From Pseudomonadales bacterium (GTDB lineage Bacteria; Pseudomonadota; Gammaproteobacteria; Pseudomonadales; UBA3067), in NCBI GenBank assembly GCA_040235475.1, contig JBECKY010000092.1, positions 919-64,918 on the forward strand: DNA of 64,000 bases, read 5' to 3'. A program made the position numbers and the translations under genes. Positions 29,858 through 39,887 of the stretch are shown here, one piece after another. The notes under the pieces were generated by a model. It was not told the DNA's origin. It saw only the letters and a program-made list of their open reading frames with translations, and did not search any database. The stretch's first letter is position 1, and each line of letters opens with the position of its first letter.

Positions 29858-30262
29858 GTGAAAGCGTAAAACCATAATAATAAAAACAGCAAAAACAATA
29901 ACAATACGAGGCTATGGAAAGCGACTTAAAACTTAAAAAAAAAGGGATATAGGTTTTTTTAAGTGGTAGCTAAAAGAGAGTGCTAAAGGCAAATAAAAAT
30001 AACAAACAATTCTTGCCCAACTCTCTTTTATTGACCACTGCCTTAGCCCCTTACTTTAACAATAATAAAAGCGAATAAAAAATAGAACATAGAAAAAGAG
30101 ACACATAAAAAGCGAAGAACTAACCAAAAAGACCAACAAAAAAGCTTACTAACAGAAAAATAAAGATAATAATAAAAACGAAATAAATAATAATAATGCT
30201 ATCAGTAACAAATGGGTATGCAGGAGCTTAACCATTTGTTACTGACTTGTATTGTATTTCAC
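29858..30262 (+). ncRNA. crcZ: CrcZ-like Hfq/Crc-sequestering RNA
   Basis: Between cbrB and pcnB, downstream of a sigma54 promoter, no ORF in the track, many AANAANAA tracts and several stems. Ends are predicted. Confidence 0.82.
30202..30245 (+). repeat. perfect 14-bp inverted repeat near the 3' end of the sRNA
   Basis: TCAGTAACAAATGG-N16-CCATTTGTTACTGA; no clean U-run follows. Confidence 0.8.
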
Positions 30263-30434
30263 CTCTTGTTCCCTTGCTAACACTCTGTAATACACCCTTA
30301 AACCAGCCAACTATCCGCCTTTAAACTGAATTATGCCTGTTCATAACAGCCCTGTTAGCGTTTGCATACCCAACTACTGAGTCAATAGGTTATAATACCG
30401 ACTCCCCGAATTCTTTATATTATTAACCCCCTTT

Positions 30435-31790
30435 ATGCAGACGCCCGTGACTCCATCAACATTAAAAGCACGCATAATCCCCAAAGAAGAGCACTGTGTT
30501 TCCCGTGATGACATTAGCCCCAATGCCAGGAAGGTGCTGACACAACTGCATGCAGCAGGGTACGAAAGTTACCTGGTAGGCGGCAGCGTTCGAGATTTGC
30601 TGCTGGGTCAAACACCGAAAGATTTTGACGTTGCTACCAGCGCCAGCCCTGAAGACGTTAAGGCACTGTTTAGAAATTGCCGTCTGATCGGCCGGCGCTT
30701 CAAACTGGCACACATATTATTTGGTCGTGAAATTATCGAAGTAGCAACCTTCAGAGGCTCCCCTACGGCCACATCCAGCACTCGAAGAGACAACCAAACC
30801 CACTCCAGCAAAGGTCAAATCCTTTGCGATAATCAATACGGCACACTTGAAGAAGACGCCTCCAGGCGCGACTTTACCATTAATGCCATGTATTACGATT
30901 TACACGACCAAAGTATCCATGACTTTGCCGACGGCCTGTCAGACCTGTCGCAAAAAAAATTGCAATTAATTGGCAATCCTGAAGAAAGATACCACGAAGA
31001 TCCGGTCAGGATGCTCAGGGCGATTCGTTTCGCATGCAAGCTTGATTTTACCATTGCCTCAGAATCGGCAGAACCTATCCAGCGTTTAGGGTCGTTACTT
31101 AGCAACATTCCTGGTGCCCGCTTGTTTGATGAATGTCAAAAACTTTTCTCAACCGGTCACGCATCGCGAACTTTTCAACTGCTACAGCAATTTAACTTAC
31201 TGCAGTATTTGTTCCCCGCCACCGCTGGTGGCCTTGGCCATGACCCTGAATTTCAACACTTAATTGATCTTTTCTTAGAAAATACTGATGCCAGAATCAA
31301 GCAGGGAAAATCAACAACCCTGGCTTTTTTGCTTGCGGTATTTTTTTGGACACCCTTCAAGCGCTCGCTCCAATACCTGCAAGGCAATGGCATGCCTTTG
31401 TTTCCGGCCATTAATCAAGCAGCGCAAGTAACTGCTAATAGCGGCTCAAATAGCCGTTCAAGTAGCTACAACAACCCCATTACCATTCCAAAACATTTCG
31501 CCTTTGCAGCAAAGGACATCTGGGAATTACAATTTCGCCTACCACACCGACATGGTAATAGGGCCTCACTATTAATTCAGCACCCACGTTTTCGTGCAGC
31601 TTATGATTTTCTTCTATTGCGGGAGAAATCCGGAGAAATTAAACCAGGCCTGGGTCAGTGGTGGACTGATTATCAAGAGGCCAATGACGAAGTACGGCTT
31701 AAAATGACTCAAGACCTGAAACCCACGCCACGCCAACGCAGCAAAAATAAAAAAACCAAAGCCTCCCCGCAAGCAAAACCCGCTCCATAG
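30435..31790 (+). CDS. pcnB: poly(A) polymerase I
   Basis: LVGGSVRDLLLG..PKDFDVAT, LIGRRFKLAH, RRDFTINA, HPRFRAAYDFL. Confidence 0.96.
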   Translation: MQTPVTPSTLKARIIPKEEHCVSRDDISPNARKVLTQLHAAGYESYLVGGSVRDLLLGQTPKDFDVATSASPEDVKALFRNCRLIGRRFKLAHILFGREIIEVATFRGSPTATSSTRRDNQTHSSKGQILCDNQYGTLEEDASRRDFTINAMYYDLHDQSIHDFADGLSDLSQKKLQLIGNPEERYHEDPVRMLRAIRFACKLDFTIASESAEPIQRLGSLLSNIPGARLFDECQKLFSTGHASRTFQLLQQFNLLQYLFPATAGGLGHDPEFQHLIDLFLENTDARIKQGKSTTLAFLLAVFFWTPFKRSLQYLQGNGMPLFPAINQAAQVTANSGSNSRSSSYNNPITIPKHFAFAAKDIWELQFRLPHRHGNRASLLIQHPRFRAAYDFLLLREKSGEIKPGLGQWWTDYQEANDEVRLKMTQDLKPTPRQRSKNKKTKASPQAKPAP

Positions 31791-31797
31791 CACGCTC

Positions 31798-32316
31798 ATG
31801 GATAAGCACTTGGCAAAAGTTTATGTCGCCTTGGGCAGTAATTTAAACAGCCCAGTCAAACAGTTAAAACTAGCACTGAAAGCCCTCGAAGAGCTCTCAG
31901 CGAAACCTGTTATTCACTCCACCTTCTATCAAAGCAAACCCCTTGGCCCCACTGGGCAGCCAGATTACCTCAATGCGGTAGCGCTCATCCACACCGATAA
32001 ACAAGCTCATGCAGTCTTGCATTGTTTACAGGAAATTGAAGATAATCAGGGGCGGGATCGTACTACCGAGCGATGGGGCCCTAGAACCCTGGATCTGGAT
32101 CTTTTGCTCTATGATCAACTGGTTTTGGACACGCCATCACTAACCATCCCCCATAAAGAGATGCTAAAACGTAATTTCGTATTACACCCGCTGTTTGAGA
32201 TAGCACCTAAACTTATACTTCCTGGCGAAACTGACATAAAATCAGCATTAAACAAACTTGCTCAAGCTGATTTAGACTCGGGCTTACAAACAAGCCATCC
32301 CTTCAACCCATACTGA
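31798..32316 (+). CDS. folK: 2-amino-4-hydroxy-6-hydroxymethyldihydropteridine diphosphokinase
   Basis: ALGSNL, QPDYLNAV, RWGPRTLDLDLL, RNFVL. Confidence 0.96.
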   Translation: MDKHLAKVYVALGSNLNSPVKQLKLALKALEELSAKPVIHSTFYQSKPLGPTGQPDYLNAVALIHTDKQAHAVLHCLQEIEDNQGRDRTTERWGPRTLDLDLLLYDQLVLDTPSLTIPHKEMLKRNFVLHPLFEIAPKLILPGETDIKSALNKLAQADLDSGLQTSHPFNPY

Positions 32317-32329
32317 TTGTATTATATTT

Positions 32330-33019
32330 ATGCAGGCTGCCACTTTGACATCAAGTACCACTACGACATCAGCAATGTCTCCTCCGCGCTACATAGTCAT
32401 TGAAGGCCCTATTGGCGTAGGTAAAACTACCCTCTGCAGAAAGCTCGCTGAAACTTTTAATTATAATGTTCTGCTGGAAGCCGCTGAGAAAAACCCGTTT
32501 CTAGAGGGGTTTTACCGAACACCCAAAAAAATGGCGCTGCAAACCCAGTTGTTTTTTTTAATGCAACGCGTGCAACAACTGGAATCACTGCGCCAGGAAG
32601 ATCTTTTCGAGCCGAGTCAAGTGGCGGATTTTTTAATTGAAAAAGATCAGTTATTCGCCCAGCTAACTCTGGATGACAATGAGTTCCGCTTGTACGACCA
32701 GATTTATCAACACCTTACTATCGATGCGCCCTCGCCAAACCTGGTAATTTATTTGCAAGCACCCGCCAATACCCTCATGCACCGCATCCAAAAACGTGGC
32801 ATTGCCTATGAACAATACATAAAGCTTGAATACCTGCAAAATTTAAACGAAGCCTACGCAAAATTGTTTCATTATTATGATGCCGCGCCCTTATTAATCG
32901 TAAATTCAACTAATATCGACCCCATAAATAACGAGCAGGATTACCAGGAACTGGTTAAACTGATTCTACAGCACCCAGGGGGTCGAACTTTTTTTAACCC
33001 AAGCTCTAATCGTCAGTGA
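32330..33019 (+). CDS. deoxynucleoside kinase family protein
   Basis: IEGPIGVGKTT, QLFFL, VIYLQA..RIQKRG. Confidence 0.9.
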   Translation: MQAATLTSSTTTTSAMSPPRYIVIEGPIGVGKTTLCRKLAETFNYNVLLEAAEKNPFLEGFYRTPKKMALQTQLFFLMQRVQQLESLRQEDLFEPSQVADFLIEKDQLFAQLTLDDNEFRLYDQIYQHLTIDAPSPNLVIYLQAPANTLMHRIQKRGIAYEQYIKLEYLQNLNEAYAKLFHYYDAAPLLIVNSTNIDPINNEQDYQELVKLILQHPGGRTFFNPSSNRQ

Positions 33020-33053
33020 CTAATAGCAACGACTTCACTACAAAGCAGCCCTT

Positions 33054-33845
33054 ATGAAAAAAATTACCCCTCATACCCTGCAAGAATACAAGCAACAAAA
33101 CGAAAAATTTTCTTGTTTAACCGCCTATGATGCCTGCTTCAGCCACTACATGTCAGAGGCCGGTATCGAAGTGATGCTGGTGGGCGACTCACTGGGCATG
33201 GTGCTGCAAGGTTTGGACAGCACCGTTCCGGTGAGCATGGACGCCATGGTATACCATACACAATGCGTCAAAAGCCGGGCCCATGGCCCGCTTATTATGT
33301 CAGATCTGCCCTTTATGAGCTTTGCCACTGCGGAATCTGCGCTGCACAATGCCACCCGACTGATGCAAGCAGGCGCTGAAATCGTAAAACTGGAAGGCGG
33401 CAGCTGGACCATGCCCATCGTCAAGCAATTAACCGAACGGGGTATACCCGTGTGCGTCCACCTGGGTTTAACGCCGCAATCGGTGCACAAACTCGGCGGT
33501 TATAAAGTTCAGGGAAAAGACAACCCCGGTGCCGAACTGATGCTAAAGGAAGCCAAAGAAGCAGAACATGCCGGTGCCGACATACTGCTGCTTGAGTGCG
33601 TTCCCGCTACACTGGCAACAGACATTACTGCAACTTTAAACATTCCGGTGATTGGCATCGGTGCTGGCGCTGGAACAGATGGGCAAGTGCTTGTTTTACA
33701 TGATATGCTGGGACTTAACCCGGGAAAAATGGCAAAATTTGTTAAAAACTTTATGGTCGACAGTAACGATATTCCTACGGCCTTATCGGCCTACCATCAA
33801 GCCGTAAAAACCCGCCAATTCCCTAAACCGGAACACTTTTTTTAA
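33054..33845 (+). CDS. panB: 3-methyl-2-oxobutanoate hydroxymethyltransferase
   Basis: LTAYD, LVGDSLGM, VKLEGG, HLGLTPQ, DGQVLV. Confidence 0.97.
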   Translation: MKKITPHTLQEYKQQNEKFSCLTAYDACFSHYMSEAGIEVMLVGDSLGMVLQGLDSTVPVSMDAMVYHTQCVKSRAHGPLIMSDLPFMSFATAESALHNATRLMQAGAEIVKLEGGSWTMPIVKQLTERGIPVCVHLGLTPQSVHKLGGYKVQGKDNPGAELMLKEAKEAEHAGADILLLECVPATLATDITATLNIPVIGIGAGAGTDGQVLVLHDMLGLNPGKMAKFVKNFMVDSNDIPTALSAYHQAVKTRQFPKPEHFF

Positions 33846-33849
33846 TATT

Positions 33850-34701
33850 ATGGAAGTAGTCAAAACGATTAAACAAGTGCGCACCATGGTTGCCGAAGCA
33901 AAAAAGGCCGGCAAAAAAGTTGCCTTGGTACCCACCATGGGCAATCTGCATGATGGACACCTGACCTTAATTGACGAAGCAAAAAAAGCCGCGAATTTCA
34001 TCGTCTGTAGTGTTTTTGTCAATCCTACACAATTTGGTCCAGGTGAAGACCTTGATAAGTACCCGCGCACAGCCTTACAAGATCAACAAAAACTAACCTT
34101 CAAAAGTGTCGCTATTTTTTTCTCGCCCCCTGAATACGAAATGTACCCCTTTGGCCGCATGCAGACCACTGTTGAGGTACCCCACATTACCAAGACATTA
34201 TGCGGGGCAGCACGACCCGGGCATTTTACTGGCGTCACCACGGTGGTTTCCAAGCTGTTTAACATTGTACAGCCTGATTTTGCAGTATTTGGCGAAAAAG
34301 ATTTTCAGCAATTGGTGGTTATCAAAAAAATGGTTCGCGAGCTGTTTTACCCCATTGAGATTCTGAGCATACCCACAGTACGCGAAGCCGATGGTTTGGC
34401 GATGAGTTCCCGTAATGCCTTCCTCAACGAAGCCGATCGCACCCTGGCACCTCAACTCTACGCCACCTTAAGCTCCGTAAAATATAAAATGCTCGCTGGA
34501 GAACGGGATTTCAACAAGCTCGCAGCCGACGCCAAACAACGCCTGGAAGATAAAGGCTTTACCACCGACTATTTTGAAATTCGTGATGCTGAAACCCTGG
34601 AACGCTGTTCTGAAAGCACTTCCCGTTTAGTGCTGTTGGGCGCCGTAACCTTAGGCCAAACCCGCCTGATCGACAACATTTCGTTAACTTTAAAAAGTTG
34701 A
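33850..34701 (+). CDS. panC: pantoate--beta-alanine ligase
   Basis: VPTMGNLHDGH, RPGHFTGV, FGEKDFQQ, GLAMSSRN, RLIDN. Confidence 0.97.
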   Translation: MEVVKTIKQVRTMVAEAKKAGKKVALVPTMGNLHDGHLTLIDEAKKAANFIVCSVFVNPTQFGPGEDLDKYPRTALQDQQKLTFKSVAIFFSPPEYEMYPFGRMQTTVEVPHITKTLCGAARPGHFTGVTTVVSKLFNIVQPDFAVFGEKDFQQLVVIKKMVRELFYPIEILSIPTVREADGLAMSSRNAFLNEADRTLAPQLYATLSSVKYKMLAGERDFNKLAADAKQRLEDKGFTTDYFEIRDAETLERCSESTSRLVLLGAVTLGQTRLIDNISLTLKS

Positions 34702-34847
34702 ACCACTCCAAATATTAGGGCATACTTGCCCGCCACTGGACACTAAAGCAAGCATCCAGAACCAACTGATTGTTACAGGCAATTGACAAATGTCATGTTT
34801 TCTGTAATAGAATTTCAAGTGAATCAACACTTTAAAGGTGGCGATCC

Positions 34848-35228
34848 ATGCAAAGCACCATGTTAAAAGCCAAGCTACACCAAGCCCGAATCACCCATGC
34901 TGAACTTGAGTATGAAGGGTCTTGTGCGATCGATGGAGAATTGCTTGATCTTTCAGGCATTAAAGAATACGAGCAAATTCAAATCTATAACCTGAATAAT
35001 GGTGAACGCTTTACCACATACGCCATTCGCGCCGAAAAAGGCTCAAAAATTATCTCGGTCAACGGTGCTGCTGCACATAAGGCCGCACCTGGACACAGGG
35101 TTATTATTTGCGCCTATGCCACTTACAGCGCCGCTGAGCTGCTTAATTACAAACCTCACCTGGTTTATCTGGACGACAACAACCAGGTTGTTCGCTCCAG
35201 TAATGCAATTCCAGTTCAGGTTGCCTAA
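34848..35228 (+). CDS. panD: aspartate 1-decarboxylase
   Basis: [15 protein letters not shown] cleavage site, [13 protein letters not shown]. Confidence 0.97.
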   Translation: MQSTMLKAKLHQARITHAELEYEGSCAIDGELLDLSGIKEYEQIQIYNLNNGERFTTYAIRAEKGSKIISVNGAAAHKAAPGHRVIICAYATYSAAELLNYKPHLVYLDDNNQVVRSSNAIPVQVA

Positions 35229-35441
35229 GAACTGCCCTAAAGCTGTTCCGCAAAGCCCAAGCCCGCATTGATTAAATGCCTTGTTTATTATTTTACTGTA
35301 ATAAACAAGGTTTTAACGATCTCCCCTCTTTGAATTTCAAGCCATTTCTCTATACTAAGGTCTATGAAAGCTTAGCCTTGGGCTGGGGGCAAGCCAACAC
35401 CCAATTAATGGCAAATAAATCAGTAATTGCTTGGAACGCTC

Positions 35442-37130
35442 ATGACAAAAAGACTCAACAACTGCCATCCAGGCTGGCAAGCCCTTGAATTACACCAGCA
35501 GCAACTGGTAGCAGACAAGGTCAATTTACGCAGTCTTTTCAGTAATGACCCCACACGCTTTCAAACATTCTCCCTGAATGCCGCTGGCATTTTCCTTGAT
35601 TATTCAAAAAACCTCATCACCCAACAAACAGCTAACCTGTTTGAACAACTGGCTGATGAGTGCGGTTTAAACACCGCTATAGAACAGCTTTTTAACGGTG
35701 GGGTCGTCAACCAATCTGAACAGCGCCCTGCCCTGCATACCGCTTTACGTAATCGCTCACAAAATGCGATTACTGTTGATGGGCAAAATATCATGCCTGA
35801 AATCAGGGCCGCCCAGGCCAAAATGCGGCGCTTTGTAGACCGCGTGCGCAGCGGAAACTGGCTGGGCTACAGCGGTAAAATTGTCCGCAACGTGGTGAAT
35901 ATCGGTATCGGCGGCTCATTCCTGGGCCCCAAACTGGTTGCCGAAGGCCTGCGCCCTTACTGGAATGACAGCGTGCACTGCCATTTTCTTGCCAATATTG
36001 ATGGTTCTGAACTGCATGAAACCCTCAAAAATTGCCAGCCGGAAAGCACTCTGTTTATCGTTACCTCAAAGTCTTTTGGCACTATGGAAACACTGAAGAA
36101 TGCCCAGGCAGCCAAACAGTGGTATTTGAGCAGAGGCGGCGCTGAACAAGGACTGAATAGACATTTTGTGGCAGTGACTTCAAACCTGGACAAAGCCCAG
36201 GCATTCGGCATCCACCCGGAAAATACCTTCCCCATGTGGGATTGGGTAGGTGGGCGCTATTCTTTGTGGTCCACCGTAGGGCTGCCCCTGGCACTGGCCA
36301 TTGGCATGAATAATTTTGAGCAACTGCTTGATGGCGCTTATGCCATGGATCAGCATTTTCGCCACGCCCCGCTGACCGAAAACATGCCTTTTTTGCTTGC
36401 GCTATTACAAATCTGGAACAGTAACTTCTGGGGGGCACGCTCACAGGCGATTATTCCCTACGACCATTATTTAAGGGGTCTGCCAGCACACTTACAACAA
36501 CTCGAAATGGAAAGTAATGGCAAGCAAGTAACTCAAAATGGCCAGTTCCTTGATTACGATACCGGGGCGGTGATCTGGGGGGGCGAAGGCACTAACGGCC
36601 AGCATGCCTACCACCAACTGCTGCACCAGGGCACACAACTTATCCCGGTAGACTTTATCATTCCGTTAAAATCCCACCACCCTGTTAATGATCATCATGA
36701 TTTATTATTTGCCTGCTGCCTGAGTCAAAGCCAGGCCTTAATGGCGGGCAAAACACTGGCTGAATGTGAAGCCGAATTAAAACAGGCAGGCCTGGATGAA
36801 GCAGCAGCACAAGCCCTGGCGCCCCACAAAGTCATCCCAGGCAACCGCCCCAGCAACACCCTCGTGGTAGAAAAAATCACGCCAGAAAGCCTCGGCGCAA
36901 TCATTGCCTTGTATGAGCATAAAGTATTTTGCCAAAGTGTTATCTGGGGCACCAATGCATTTGATCAGTGGGGTGTGGAATTGGGTAAAAAATTGGGCGA
37001 TACTATTTACGGCACCTTGCAACAAGGCCAAGACAATAAACAAAATAGCAGCCAAAAATTTGACGCTTCGACACAAGGCTTGATCAATCGATTTCTGGCC
37101 GCAAAACGATCGCAGCAAAGTCAAAATTAA
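35442..37130 (+). CDS. pgi: glucose-6-phosphate isomerase
   Basis: [37 protein letters not shown]; start placed at ATG 35442. Confidence 0.97.
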   Translation: MTKRLNNCHPGWQALELHQQQLVADKVNLRSLFSNDPTRFQTFSLNAAGIFLDYSKNLITQQTANLFEQLADECGLNTAIEQLFNGGVVNQSEQRPALHTALRNRSQNAITVDGQNIMPEIRAAQAKMRRFVDRVRSGNWLGYSGKIVRNVVNIGIGGSFLGPKLVAEGLRPYWNDSVHCHFLANIDGSELHETLKNCQPESTLFIVTSKSFGTMETLKNAQAAKQWYLSRGGAEQGLNRHFVAVTSNLDKAQAFGIHPENTFPMWDWVGGRYSLWSTVGLPLALAIGMNNFEQLLDGAYAMDQHFRHAPLTENMPFLLALLQIWNSNFWGARSQAIIPYDHYLRGLPAHLQQLEMESNGKQVTQNGQFLDYDTGAVIWGGEGTNGQHAYHQLLHQGTQLIPVDFIIPLKSHHPVNDHHDLLFACCLSQSQALMAGKTLAECEAELKQAGLDEAAAQALAPHKVIPGNRPSNTLVVEKITPESLGAIIALYEHKVFCQSVIWGTNAFDQWGVELGKKLGDTIYGTLQQGQDNKQNSSQKFDASTQGLINRFLAAKRSQQSQN

Positions 37131-37199
37131 AGATGAAAGCCAAGGGCATGCCTCTTAACAAAAAAAAGAAACGGACAACCAAATCTGAAGGAATACCTC

Positions 37200-39137
37200 A
37201 TGTTCGATATTAAAAACCATCCTGTTCCTGAAAACTTCAAAAGCAAAAGCTTTATTACCCAGGAAAAATATCAACAGTGGTACGAACAGTCCATCTCTGA
37301 GCCCGATACTTTCTGGGCAGACAGGGCAAAAGAACTATTAAGCTTCAACAAACCCTGGGAGAAAGTTCAATCCTACAATTTCAAAACCGGCGAAGCGGCA
37401 TGGTTTGAAGGTGCAAAGTTGAATGTTTGTTACAACTGTGTTGACCGCCATCTTGAAACCCGCCCCGATCAAGTCGCCATTATCTGGGAAGGAGATAAGC
37501 CAGATAACGATAAAAAAATCACCTACCGTGAACTGTTCATTGAAGTATGCAAACTTGCCAATACCTTGAAAGCTCGCGGAGTGAAAAAAGGAGACCGGGT
37601 TTGTATTTACATGCCGATGATTCCTGAAGCTGCCTACGCCATGCTGGCATGCACCCGCATTGGTGCGATTCATTCCGTGGTTTTTGGCGGCTTTTCCCCG
37701 GAAGCCCTGGCAAACCGTATTCTTGATTCTGATTGTCAAACCCTGATTACTGCCGACGAAGGTGTACGTGGTGGCAAAACCGTACCATTAAAAGCCAACG
37801 CCGATATTGCTCTGGCACAATGCCCCAACGTTCATACTGTGTTAACGGTGCAGCACACCGGCGGCGATGTTCAATGGCATGAGGAGCGCGATGTTTGGTA
37901 TCACGAAATTATTAAAACGGTCAGTGCAGAGTGCATGCCTGTCTCAATGGCTGCGGAAGACCCGCTTTTTATTTTGTATACATCCGGCTCCACCGGCAAA
38001 CCCAAAGGCGTACTGCATACTACAGCCGGTTATTTATTACACGCAAGCCTGTCCCACAAAACTATTTTTGATTACCACGACGGTGATATTTACTGGTGTA
38101 CCGCCGATGTGGGCTGGGTAACGGGGCATTCCTATATTGTTTATGGCCCCCTGGCCAATGGTGCCACTACGCTGATGTTTGAAGGCGTGCCTAACTACCC
38201 CGATGCATCACGCTGCTGGCAAGTCGTGGACAAACACCAGGTTAATATTTTTTACACCGCCCCCACGGCATTACGGGCATTAATGGCTGTTGGCAATGAA
38301 GCGGTGAAAAAAACCAGCCGAAAATCGCTGCAACTTTTAGGCACTGTTGGCGAACCAATTAACCCCGAAGCCTGGGAATGGTATTACAATGTGGTGGGTG
38401 AAGGGCGCTGCCCAATCGTTGACACCTGGTGGCAAACTGAAACCGGCGGTATTATGATTTCCCCTTTCCCCGGTGCCACAGAGCTTAAGCCCGGATCAGC
38501 CGCCAAACCTTTTTTTGGCGTTGAACTGGCCTTGCTGGATACCAAAGGCAACGAACTCGAAGGCCCTGCCGAAGGCAGCCTGGTGATAAAACGCTCCTGG
38601 CCAGGACAACTTCGTTCCGTCTTCGGCAACCACCAACGCTGTATCGACACTTATTTCACAGAAAACCCAGGCTACTACACCACCGGAGACGGTGCCCGAC
38701 GGGATGCAGACGGCTACTACTGGATAACCGGCCGCACCGATGACGTACTCAACGTATCAGGCCACCGCCTCGGTACTGCCGAAATTGAAAGTGCTCTGGT
38801 CAAACACAATGCTGTTGCCGAAGCCGCCGTTGTTGGCTTCAAGCACAACATAAAAGGCCAGGGCATTTATGCCTATGTCACCCTTATGAATGACAAACCG
38901 GAGTATGAAGGGCTGGTGAATGAACTTAAGGAAACTACGAAACAGGAAATCGGCGCCATTGCCAAACCAGACTTTATCCAATTTACACCGGCCCTGCCAA
39001 AAACCCGCTCGGGTAAAATCATGCGCCGGATTCTAAGAAAAATTGCCGCCAACGAATTAAATGAGCTGGGCGACACATCAACCCTCGCTGATCCTTCAGT
39101 GGTGGATGATTTAATTAACAAACGATTGAACCGGTAA
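37200..39137 (+). CDS. acs: acetyl-CoA synthetase
   Basis: [31 protein letters not shown]. Confidence 0.97.
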   Translation: MFDIKNHPVPENFKSKSFITQEKYQQWYEQSISEPDTFWADRAKELLSFNKPWEKVQSYNFKTGEAAWFEGAKLNVCYNCVDRHLETRPDQVAIIWEGDKPDNDKKITYRELFIEVCKLANTLKARGVKKGDRVCIYMPMIPEAAYAMLACTRIGAIHSVVFGGFSPEALANRILDSDCQTLITADEGVRGGKTVPLKANADIALAQCPNVHTVLTVQHTGGDVQWHEERDVWYHEIIKTVSAECMPVSMAAEDPLFILYTSGSTGKPKGVLHTTAGYLLHASLSHKTIFDYHDGDIYWCTADVGWVTGHSYIVYGPLANGATTLMFEGVPNYPDASRCWQVVDKHQVNIFYTAPTALRALMAVGNEAVKKTSRKSLQLLGTVGEPINPEAWEWYYNVVGEGRCPIVDTWWQTETGGIMISPFPGATELKPGSAAKPFFGVELALLDTKGNELEGPAEGSLVIKRSWPGQLRSVFGNHQRCIDTYFTENPGYYTTGDGARRDADGYYWITGRTDDVLNVSGHRLGTAEIESALVKHNAVAEAAVVGFKHNIKGQGIYAYVTLMNDKPEYEGLVNELKETTKQEIGAIAKPDFIQFTPALPKTRSGKIMRRILRKIAANELNELGDTSTLADPSVVDDLINKRLNR

Positions 39138-39175
39138 AAAAAACAGACTGAAAAGGCCTAAGGATGAAACATTGG

Positions 39176-39209
39176 GGCTAACAAAACCTCTGACGAGGTT
39201 TTGTTAGCC
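39176..39209. terminator. terminator-like hairpin between convergent acs and response regulator
   Basis: Perfect 15-bp stem GGCTAACAAAACCTC-TGAC-GAGGTTTTGTTAGCC. Confidence 0.75.
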
Positions 39210-39221
39210 GGATAAATACCT

Positions 39222-39590
39222 TCACGCCGTTAAACGCTGAATAGTTTCGATCAACTTACCAGCATCAACCGGTTTGTGTACATAATCAACCCCAGCCAAC
39301 GCTTCACCCTCAAAGCTTTGCTTTTTATCATCATCATCGGCGGTAACGAAAATAATCGGTATGGTTTGGGTTTTGGGGTTAAGGCGCATCAACTCTGCGG
39401 TCTCATAACCGCTCATTCCCGGCATGTTAACATCAAGAATAACAACATCCACCGGCTCTTTCATCAGTATTTTCAGACCTTCATTGCCCGACAAAGCCTG
39501 AAATAATTCACGCTCACCATCATCAAGAAGCACTTCCAGCGATATCAAGTTTTCATTACGATCATCAATCATTAAAATTTTCTGACCCAT
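39222..39590 (-). CDS. single-domain response regulator
   Basis: IDD, LDVNMP (phospho-Asp), FVTA, KP. Confidence 0.9.
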   Translation of the reverse strand: MGQKILMIDDRNENLISLEVLLDDGERELFQALSGNEGLKILMKEPVDVVILDVNMPGMSGYETAELMRLNPKTQTIPIIFVTADDDDKKQSFEGEALAGVDYVHKPVDAGKLIETIQRLTA

Positions 39591-39887
39591 CTTTATACTC
39601 CTTGGTTTCTCTTAAGGCCTATGTAAGCAAGAGAGCACCAAACTTGTGTCAGTCGACATAGAACTATGCACGTTGACTTAAATACTACTCCTAAAAGTAT
39701 GGCAATAATATGAGAATTTGTAACATGGAAGCGCCAGCATCGATCACAATCATTGCAGAAAGTGCTCAGCAAGGGTTGGAGGGGGAGTATGAGCGGGAGG
39801 AAAGGTACGATAGAGGACGACGCTTCGGCTTAATGCAAAAGCGTCTTCTCAGACTGCTGATTAAATCCTTTTTAACTAAGGTTTAAA

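Noticed and set aside
29860-30200. A-rich repeats as a CRISPR array or simple microsatellite
   Set aside because: There is no constant-length repeat-spacer structure and no cas gene; context and promoter explain them as Hfq-binding motifs.
30216-30231. CAGGAG in the hairpin loop as a CsrA/RsmA-sponge signature
   Set aside because: The RNA has only isolated GGA motifs; Csr/Rsm sponges carry many looped GGA motifs.
34783-34795. TGACA-N2-TGTCA palindrome over a TTGACA upstream of panD
   Set aside because: Short, single occurrence, and -10 spacing is ambiguous; it cannot be assigned from sequence alone.
39773-39800. G-quadruplex on the + strand
   Set aside because: Only three runs of at least three G; weak support.
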